A stretch of DNA of 64,000 bases from Thermoguttaceae bacterium (lineage in GTDB: Bacteria > Planctomycetota > Planctomycetia > Pirellulales > Thermoguttaceae): assembly GCA_017408405.1 (NCBI GenBank), contig JAFQUP010000118.1, positions 12,687-76,686 on the forward strand, given 5' to 3'. Below are positions 57,332 to 64,000 of this stretch, piece after piece. Made by a program: the position numbers and the translations under genes. Position 1 is the stretch's first letter. Every line of letters begins with the position of its first letter. The notes beneath the pieces are model-generated. The model saw only the letters and a program-made list of their open reading frames with translations. It made no database searches and had not been told where the DNA came from.

Positions 57332-58066
57332 ATGAAGAAACTGGTTATCTCACTTTTTTCTGTTTTGCTGCTTGCCTCTGCCGTTTCATTTTCTGAGGCA
57401 TCTGAAAGCACCGCGAATATCGCGGTTCAGTCCGTTTCACGCATGGGAGAAAAGTGGTGTGCCGATCGCCATGCCCAAAAACTGGCGATTGTGAAGGAAG
57501 GAGACATTGATCTCGTTTTTGTCGGTGACTCGATTACTCACGGCTGGGAAAGAGCCGGAAAAGACGTTTGGGCTAAATATTACGGAAACCGCAAAGCATT
57601 GAATCTTGGATATGGCGCGGACCGAACAGAACACGTGATCTGGCGTCTGACGAACGGCGAAATGGATGGAATTTCTCCAAAACTCGTCATTCTCATGATT
57701 GGTACGAATAATGTGGGACATCGTTCTTCCACGCCGGAGCAGACGGTTGAGGGAATCAAAAAGATTATTGAGATCATGAAAGAAAAAGTGCCCGCGGCGA
57801 AGATCCTCCTTCTTTCGGTTTTCCCGCGCAGTGCCAATCCGACAGACGAAATGCGCGTCAAGGTAAATGAAATCAACTCCGGACTTCCGGCTCTGGCAGA
57901 CGGTGAAACGGTTCTTTACCTTGATTTTGGAAAGAAATTCCTTACGGAAGATGGACTTCTTCCGGTAGAAATGATGCGTGACCGTCTCCATCCCGGCGCG
58001 GCAGGCTACGAAATCTGGGCACAGGAAGTTGAACCTTTTGTCCAGAAATATGTTGATGGAAAATAG
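57332..58066 (+). CDS. secreted SGNH/GDSL-family hydrolase
   Basis: Signal peptide, FVGDSITHGW (block I), GTNN, and DRLHPG (block V). Confidence 0.85.
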   Translation: MKKLVISLFSVLLLASAVSFSEASESTANIAVQSVSRMGEKWCADRHAQKLAIVKEGDIDLVFVGDSITHGWERAGKDVWAKYYGNRKALNLGYGADRTEHVIWRLTNGEMDGISPKLVILMIGTNNVGHRSSTPEQTVEGIKKIIEIMKEKVPAAKILLLSVFPRSANPTDEMRVKVNEINSGLPALADGETVLYLDFGKKFLTEDGLLPVEMMRDRLHPGAAGYEIWAQEVEPFVQKYVDGK

Positions 58067-58253
58067 TTTTTGATGATTGGCTCTTCTTTTTTTGAAAATG
58101 GTTTTTCTTTCGAAAAAGGCCGCGTTTCGGATTGGGAACCGCGGAACTGAACCACCGGCATTTCGAAAAAAATTAAACTAACTTTCGGATTCCAGGGCAG
58201 GCAGTTCTCGGAGCAGGCAAAAATCCCAATCGCGATTCAATCAGAATTTTTTC

Positions 58254-58291
58254 AGCCTGAAATTGGCCGCGGTTTCAGGCTTTTGGTTTTT
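58254..58291 (+). terminator. intrinsic terminator about 190 nt downstream of the SGNH gene
   Basis: AGCCTGAAA / TTTCAGGCT stem followed by TTTTGGTTTTT. Confidence 0.6.
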
Positions 58292-58465
58292 CTCTCTCAA
58301 AAAATTTGAATTTCCTCAAAGATTTTCATGGATTCATGTTTTTTTCAGAAAAAGATTTTTGGAAAGATCTCTTTTCGGAGAAATATCTGATACGCGAAAA
58401 AAGACTTAAGAATCTCAAAAAATATTAATCTTTGGGAAATTCGCAAATAATTCTTTTAAAACTCC

Positions 58466-58493
58466 TTGAAAAAAACTCATTCTGTGGTAAAAT
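58466..58493 (+). promoter_or_regulatory. sigma-70-type promoter candidate of folD
   Basis: TTGAAA 58466-58471, 16-nt spacer, TGgTAAAAT with its -10 at 58488-58493. Confidence 0.5.
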
Positions 58494-58583
58494 GAGATAA
58501 AGGCGGGATTCTTTGTTGAACTTTCGCCCATTACCTGTTTAATTTTCAAAATCCTTGGCACCGAAATTCATCAGGAATTTTCC

Positions 58584-59438
58584 ATGACCACCATTCTCAA
58601 CGGCAAAGAACTTTCCCGTACGCTGCGTTCCGAAATCACGCAGCAGGTTAGTGAATTCATTCAAAAAACCGGTATTACTCCCTGTCTGGCCGCGATCCTC
58701 GTGGGAGATGATCCAGCCAGTCAGGTTTACGTTCGGAATAAAGAAAAAGCGTGCGCGGAAGTTGGGATGAAAAGTCAGCTTTTTCGCCTTCCGGCAGACA
58801 CCACCCAGGAACAGCTTCTGGAATTGGTGGACGAATTAAATCACGACGATTCGGTTCACGGGATACTCTGCCAGCTTCCGCTTCCAAAGCAGATTAATGA
58901 AAAGGTAATTCTTGACGCCGTTTCCGCGGACAAAGACGTGGACGCCTTTCATCCGGTCAACGTCGGGCTGATTCTTCAGGGAAGACCGCGTTTTCTGCCG
59001 TGCACGCCTTTCGGCATTCAGGAAATGCTGAAACGGTACGGAATTGAGACAGCGGGAAAACACGTCGTAATTCTCGGCAGAAGCGACATCGTAGGAAAAC
59101 CGATGGCCGCCATGATGGTTCAGCGTGGAATTGGGGCGGACTCGACCGTTACGGTTTGCCATAGCCGAACCGCTAATCTTCCTTCAATCACGAGTCAGGC
59201 GGATATTTTGATTGTCGCGATCGGCAAGCCGAAATTCGTTACGCCGGAAATGGTGAAGGATGGAGCGGTCGTCGTGGATGTCGGAATTAACCGTACGGAA
59301 GAAGGTTTAGTCGGTGACGTTGATTTTGAGGCTGTTCAGGCGAAAACTTCCGCCATTACCCCCGTTCCGGGCGGCGTTGGCCCATTGACCATCACGATGC
59401 TTTTGGGGAATACGCTTAAAGCCGCTCAGGGCAAGTAA
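58584..59438 (+). CDS. folD: bifunctional methylenetetrahydrofolate dehydrogenase/cyclohydrolase
   Basis: LAAILVGDDPASQVYVRNKEKAC, GRSDIVGKPMA and PVPGGVGPLTITML. Confidence 0.95.
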   Translation: MTTILNGKELSRTLRSEITQQVSEFIQKTGITPCLAAILVGDDPASQVYVRNKEKACAEVGMKSQLFRLPADTTQEQLLELVDELNHDDSVHGILCQLPLPKQINEKVILDAVSADKDVDAFHPVNVGLILQGRPRFLPCTPFGIQEMLKRYGIETAGKHVVILGRSDIVGKPMAAMMVQRGIGADSTVTVCHSRTANLPSITSQADILIVAIGKPKFVTPEMVKDGAVVVDVGINRTEEGLVGDVDFEAVQAKTSAITPVPGGVGPLTITMLLGNTLKAAQGK

Positions 59439-59714
59439 GATTCAAGACAAACCGTGAAGGGAATTGCTCTTCGCGGTTTATGCCTGCTTTTGCCTGTTTT
59501 CACGCGGAGAACGGTTTATTTGCCGTTTCTTATGAAAAACGAGGAAATTACGAAACTTTCCGATTCGTAAATACGGGCTTTAAACGGGCAATTTGGAGAA
59601 AGGAACTGTTCAGACGCTGAATATTCCGCTGTCCCGGAATGGAATTCCTTTAATTTTTTATTTTATGGATTCGTTTTCCTTTTTGGATCCACTTTTGATC
59701 CGCAAATTGACACG

Positions 59715-60620
59715 ATGAAAGATCAGACACTCTCTTTTTTGCTCCGCCGTTTTGAAGAGGCGGGAATTTCGCCAAACCACAAACTGGGGCAGAATTTTTT
59801 AATGGACCAGAATCTATTGAAGCTGGTCGTTCGCAGTGCCGACATTCAGCCAACGGACATTATCCTGGAAGTTGGAACTGGAACGGGCGGTTTAACGGTT
59901 CAGATGGCTCCAAAGGCAAAGCACGTCATCACGGTTGAGCTGGATCAGCAGCTGTTTCAGCTGGCAGGCGAAGAGCTGTTCACGTGCGACAACGTGACGA
60001 TGCTCAATATGGATATTCTCAAAAATAAAAATCGTCTGAATCCGGAAGTGATGAATACTATTCAGGCCATTCGGGAACAAAATCCGGAATCAGACCTGAA
60101 ATTGGTCGCGAATCTGCCGTATAGTGTGGCGACGCCAATCATGACAAATCTTCTGGGACTTCAGGATCCTCCAAAGTCAATGACGGTCCTTATCCAAAAA
60201 GAAGTCGGGGAACGCATGATGGCTGAACCGGGGACGAAAGATTACGGAGCGCTTTCACTTTGGTGCCAGTGCCAGGCAGACGTTGAAATCGTCCGAATTA
60301 TTCCGCCGGGTGTTTTCTTTCCGCCGCCGAAAGTTTATTCCGCAATCGTTCATCTCGAGTATCGGCCGGAAAAAAGAGCGAGAATTAAAGAGCTTGAGCG
60401 ATGGCATGATTTCATCCGCGCCATGTTCTTCCATCGCAGAAAATTTCTTCGGAGCGAACTGATTTCCTGTTTCAAGAACGTTCTGGAAAAATCAGATGTG
60501 GACGTAATTCTTGAAAAAATGAACCTCACTCCGGAAACGAGGGCGGAACAGCTCGATCTTGAGACGATGATGGCTCTTTGCGAAACAAGCTATGAGCAGG
60601 TCGCTCTGAAAAAAGGCTAA
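59715..60620 (+). CDS. rsmA: 16S rRNA (adenine1518/1519-N6)-dimethyltransferase
   Basis: KLGQNFLMDQNLL, EVGTGTGGLT and NLPYSVATP. Confidence 0.93.
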   Translation: MKDQTLSFLLRRFEEAGISPNHKLGQNFLMDQNLLKLVVRSADIQPTDIILEVGTGTGGLTVQMAPKAKHVITVELDQQLFQLAGEELFTCDNVTMLNMDILKNKNRLNPEVMNTIQAIREQNPESDLKLVANLPYSVATPIMTNLLGLQDPPKSMTVLIQKEVGERMMAEPGTKDYGALSLWCQCQADVEIVRIIPPGVFFPPPKVYSAIVHLEYRPEKRARIKELERWHDFIRAMFFHRRKFLRSELISCFKNVLEKSDVDVILEKMNLTPETRAEQLDLETMMALCETSYEQVALKKG

Positions 60621-60786
60621 GAAACTCTTCCGGACAGCGGTCCGTTTCGGATATTGGATGGAGGCGGAATTTTGAAAATCCCCTAAGTTTTTGGGGGACT
60701 GCCTCCGTTCTTTTCTTCACTGTTTCTAATACTTATTCCGCGTTCTCGCATTTGGAACAAATCATCTGAAGAAAAAGATTCCGCAG

Positions 60787-62142
60787 CTAAAGACTTTGTC
60801 GTTTCTGATTCTGTTTTTCCGATTTCACGAAGATTTTCCAGCAGTGCGCTGGAGCCAGGTACTTGGGGAGTATTCCAATCAGAACCGCCAGAATAAACCA
60901 AAAAAACGCGGAACCTGAGAAAAGTTCAAGCGCGAGCAGCAGTGAAGCCGCCGGGCAGCGGACAACCGTCGTGAAAAGAACGATCATCCCCAAGGACGCG
61001 GCAAAGGTTGAATCAAAACCGAAATACGGCGCCAGGACACAGCCAAGAGTCATTCCGACAAAAAAAGCGGGAACGATTTGTCCTCCTTTGAATCCAAAGC
61101 CAAGAGCAAGCGACGTGAAAAGTATTTTCCAGAAAAAGGCCCACGTTACGGCTGAACCGAAAAACGCGTCCGTCATCTGATGAAGTCCCGTTCCGCAGTA
61201 ATCCTGGGTACCGGAAAGGAGTGTCAGGTTCACGAGAACGACTCCTCCGAATCCCATTGCTAAAAAACGGTTAGGGAGGAATCGGTCCGTAAGATTCGTG
61301 ATGGTTTGAAGCAGCAGGCGAAAAAACGTTCCCGCGAGAACGCATACCGCGGAAAGGGCCAGTACGCGGCCAAAAGAAACCGCGCTAAAACCTGGAACCA
61401 ATTCCAGCTCAAACCGCATCGCCGCCATTCCAAAATACCGTGTCATTTCAAAAGAGATGAAGGAGGCCAAAAGACACGGGAAAAGGAAACCGGGACGTCG
61501 AACACCGCAACGCTCAAGAACAAAAACAGCCGCGGTAAATGGTGTCCCGAGAAGCGGAGAAAAGGAACTGGCCATCGCGCACAGAACGATCAGGGAAAAA
61601 TCTCGTCCTGAAAGATGGAACCAGCGCGCGATCTGAGAGCCAATACCGCCTCCAACGATCAGTGAGGCCCCTTCACATCCGACTGATGCCCCAAAAAGGT
61701 GCGAAAGAACTGACGAGGAATAAACCAATGGAGCCAGAAATGGAGACACTGGGATTTGGGATTCACGCGGGGAAGTACTTTCATGAAAAGAAGAGTGAAG
61801 TTGGGAAAACTCATTCCGGTGACTGATTCGGCAAACGCGGTAAAGGAAAGCGATCCCAATGCCGCAGAAAGGAAGTGCGTAAATCAGGTAAGGATGCGCG
61901 CCGCGAACAAAATTGGCCCAATGAACACTTTCCCGAAAAAACATTCCGGCGACTCCCGTCGGAACCGCGGTGAGAACAAGAATGAAAAAAAGCGACAGAA
62001 GATGAAGCCAATGATGACGAAGTTCTTTCCCGGTCCGTTCATCACCACTTTTGTCCAAACTCCATGAAATCGGATACGCGCTTCCATGAAGAGGATGCGC
62101 GGAGGAAAAAGTTCGTGTTATCTCTTGACCAAAAAAGGACAT
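60787..62142 (-). CDS. ClC-family chloride channel / anion:proton antiporter
   Basis: Polytopic membrane ORF with GASVGCEGA (GxEGx gating-Glu motif), PFTAAVFVLE and GGQIVPAFFVG (GxFxP-like). Confidence 0.8.
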   Translation of the reverse strand: MSFFGQEITRTFSSAHPLHGSAYPISWSLDKSGDERTGKELRHHWLHLLSLFFILVLTAVPTGVAGMFFRESVHWANFVRGAHPYLIYALPFCGIGIAFLYRVCRISHRNEFSQLHSSFHESTSPRESQIPVSPFLAPLVYSSSVLSHLFGASVGCEGASLIVGGGIGSQIARWFHLSGRDFSLIVLCAMASSFSPLLGTPFTAAVFVLERCGVRRPGFLFPCLLASFISFEMTRYFGMAAMRFELELVPGFSAVSFGRVLALSAVCVLAGTFFRLLLQTITNLTDRFLPNRFLAMGFGGVVLVNLTLLSGTQDYCGTGLHQMTDAFFGSAVTWAFFWKILFTSLALGFGFKGGQIVPAFFVGMTLGCVLAPYFGFDSTFAASLGMIVLFTTVVRCPAASLLLALELFSGSAFFWFILAVLIGILPKYLAPAHCWKIFVKSEKQNQKRQSL

Positions 62143-62151
62143 AGGTTTCCA

Positions 62152-62184
62152 TTCAGCTAAATTTATCGATAAAATTTAACTGAA
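62152..62184. promoter_or_regulatory. 13-7-13 near-perfect inverted repeat between the ClC promoter -10 and the start codon
   Basis: TTCAGCTAAATTT ATCGATA AAATTTAACTGAA, with one mismatch between the arms. Confidence 0.6.
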
Positions 62185-62210
62185 TATACCACTTTTTCGG
62201 AATTTTTCAA
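62183..62210 (-). promoter_or_regulatory. sigma-70-type promoter candidate of the ClC gene
   Basis: Minus strand reads TTGAAA (62205-62210), 16-nt spacer, TGgTATATT (-10 at 62183-62188). Confidence 0.5.
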
Positions 62211-62444
62211 GAGGGAGAGGCAAAAAAACGTGTCAATTTTATCTGTTTTTCTGAAAATTGAGTTTGAAGAACTTCCATTTATCTTTTAATTTCAGGACCA
62301 GCTTGAAACAGACGAAGCGTTTATCCCGTGTGAATTTCCATGAAGAGAAACGCTCCGCCTTTGAAAGATTACCCGCGCCAATCACGGAATCACCTGCTCC
62401 GCGCGAAATTATGTTTTAAAGAGGCAAATACCTCAGCGGACGGA

Positions 62445-63200
62445 TTATTTACCGGAAAAAGTCTTGAACTTCTCCTTGGCCGAACCGCATTTGGGACAGT
62501 TGACCGGCGGAGTGCCTTCCATGATTTCACCGCAGATCAGGCATACCGTGAAATCTCCGCCTTCATCATTCCATTTTTTCGGATCTTTAACGGCCGATTC
62601 ATAAAGTTTGGCATGCTGCTCGTCATTAATCTTCGCTGACTCAAAATTCTTCAGAAGAGTTTCGTGGTTCTTTAACTTTTTAAGACCAGTAATCAACTCT
62701 GGATAAAAATTTTCAACGGTTTCCCTTTCGTTCTCCAAAGCATTCTGAAACATTTCCTCAAGAGTGCCTGCTTCCGGAACCGCGATATTGGCGATTGGTG
62801 CCGCGCCAAGGACTTTCAATGCCGCGGCGTGATTGTCCGCGTGAACTTTTTCAGAGTGGGAAATAGCTCGGAAAAGTGCCGCAGCGCGTTTCCAACCCTC
62901 TTTTTCCGCTTTCTCTCCCCACTTTTCATACTTCACGGACGCTCCATATTCACGCGCGTACGCTTTTTGAAGATGTTCCACGAGCTGAGCAGCTTCTGTT
63001 GCCGGAATTTCCGTTGTCTGGATTTTAACCTCCGTAACTTCAACTCCGGGGGCCTGAACGGAACCCGCCATGGGAGGAGCCTTCGGTTTTTCGCAGCCGT
63101 TCAAAAGAATCGCTGCTCCAATTCCAAGAAGGATTGGAAACCGCGGAGAAAAAATACTTTTAACTCTTGAGAAACAGATCGGTCGATTATGGGCTTTCAT
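62445..63200 (-). CDS. rubrerythrin-family protein with lipoprotein-type signal peptide
   Basis: ILLGIGAAILLNGC lipobox. Ferritin-like di-iron helices (SEKVHADNH, ENERETVENFY, NDEQHAKLYE). C-terminal CLICGE...CPKCG rubredoxin-like knuckle. Confidence 0.85.
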   Translation of the reverse strand: MKAHNRPICFSRVKSIFSPRFPILLGIGAAILLNGCEKPKAPPMAGSVQAPGVEVTEVKIQTTEIPATEAAQLVEHLQKAYAREYGASVKYEKWGEKAEKEGWKRAAALFRAISHSEKVHADNHAAALKVLGAAPIANIAVPEAGTLEEMFQNALENERETVENFYPELITGLKKLKNHETLLKNFESAKINDEQHAKLYESAVKDPKKWNDEGGDFTVCLICGEIMEGTPPVNCPKCGSAKEKFKTFSGK

Positions 63201-63553
63201 TTTTTTCCTTTCCTGAATGCGCGGAAACGAGTATTTAAGAAAAGACTTGCTCCGCCTGAAGTTTTTCCTGAAAATTGCCTTTGGTTTATTCTATTTCAAA
63301 GGGCAAGAAAATTTTATTCGGGAACGATTCCCGTTCTCCTGTTTCTTTCCCCTTTTTCCTGAAATCGTGTCAGGCATATTTCGAAAACCGTTTCACGGTG
63401 AAAAAAACGAGAAAGTTTTATTAAAATCAATCTCCCCGGTTTACAAAAAATCAAAATCTGATAAAATAGTGAATATGTGCGATTTTTTTAAGTTCGAAAC
63501 GTTTTTGTTTTCGGACGTTTTTTTAATAATTAATCTTAAAAGGTGATTTTGAC

Positions 63554-64000
63554 ATGCCTCAACCCGTGAAAATGGATCCGATGATTTCGGAGATAGCCGG
63601 CATTAAGATTACGGACATCGTGAAGGAATACGGAACGCCGGTTTTTGTTTATGATGAGTCCAGAATTCTTTCTCAGCTGAAGGATCTTGAAAAGTTTGAC
63701 GTGGTTCGTTACGCGCAGAAGGCGTGCAGCAATCTCGCGATTCTCCAGCTGCTTCGACGGGCCGGCGCGAAAGTGGACGCGGTAAGCGCGATGGAAATAC
63801 GCCGCGCGTTGACCGCCGGGTTCAAGGCACACCCCGAAACGGCGGAGGAAATTCCGGAAATTGTCTATACCGCGGATATTTTTGATCGGGAAGCTCTCCA
63901 GCTCTGTGTGGAGCATGGGATTCATGTCAACTGCGGTTCGATTGACATGATTCATCAGCTTGGGAAAGCCCTTAATGAACGGCCGGAAACGGAGTATCCC
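63554..64000 (+). CDS. lysA: diaminopimelate decarboxylase (149 N-terminal codons; continues beyond the right window edge)
   Basis: Absent from the track because it runs off the edge. From the ATG at 63554 (AAGGTGA upstream) the translation is MPQPVKMDPMISEIAGIKITDIVKEYGTPVFVYDESRI...VRYAQKACSNLAILQLL..GAKVDAVSAMEIRRALTAGF, the N-terminal pattern of a fold-III PLP decarboxylase. Confidence 0.8.
   Translation, partial: MPQPVKMDPMISEIAGIKITDIVKEYGTPVFVYDESRILSQLKDLEKFDVVRYAQKACSNLAILQLLRRAGAKVDAVSAMEIRRALTAGFKAHPETAEEIPEIVYTADIFDREALQLCVEHGIHVNCGSIDMIHQLGKALNERPETEYP

Noticed and set aside
58556-58570. TGGCAC-N5-TTCA, a sigma-54-like element upstream of folD
   Set aside because: The -12 element is mismatched, and the implied TSS would fall only a few nt before the ATG. 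A good sigma-70 promoter lies upstream at 58466-58493.
63536-63955. 139-codon minus-strand ORF at the right edge
   Set aside because: It is antisense to the lysA 5' end, which has a ribosome-binding site and the conserved GTPVFVYDE...YAQKACSN pattern.
1-64000. CRISPR arrays, rRNA genes, IS elements and prophage genes
   Set aside because: None were seen. The only nucleotide-level tandem repeats are the 11-bp array at 6321-6378 and the 9-bp coding repeat at 33490-33525. No transposase, integrase or Cas-like ORFs are present.

Overview
This is a 64-kb chromosomal segment, most likely from a PVC-superphylum (Planctomycetota-like) bacterium. The taxon call rests on three Tat-signal Gfo/Idh/MocA oxidoreductase paralogs, a DUF1080 protein, a Cys/Pro-rich DUF11-type envelope protein, and a giant extracellular protein opening with a basic stretch plus LESLESRQLLSA. 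I can support about 39 protein-coding genes, including two partial genes at the window edges that the ORF track misses. I also support one tRNA-Gln(CUG), a set of sigma-70-type promoters (often with an extended -10) and about a dozen intrinsic terminators. Recognisable housekeeping genes are glyA, ileS, nnrE, queD, folD, rsmA and lysA, plus the motility regulators flhF and fliA. I saw no CRISPR array, rRNA, transposase, integrase or phage gene. The dominant unusual feature is an 11.3-kb ORF (3,758 aa) built around four diverged 430-475-aa super-repeats, with no visible export or anchoring machinery. Three reading frames (ileS, the envelope-protein gene and a small ORF pair) are each broken by what looks like one missing base, next to a short A run in at least two of them. 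This points to homopolymer errors in the assembly rather than biology. All family assignments are by eye from motifs, and no database search or computation was run.
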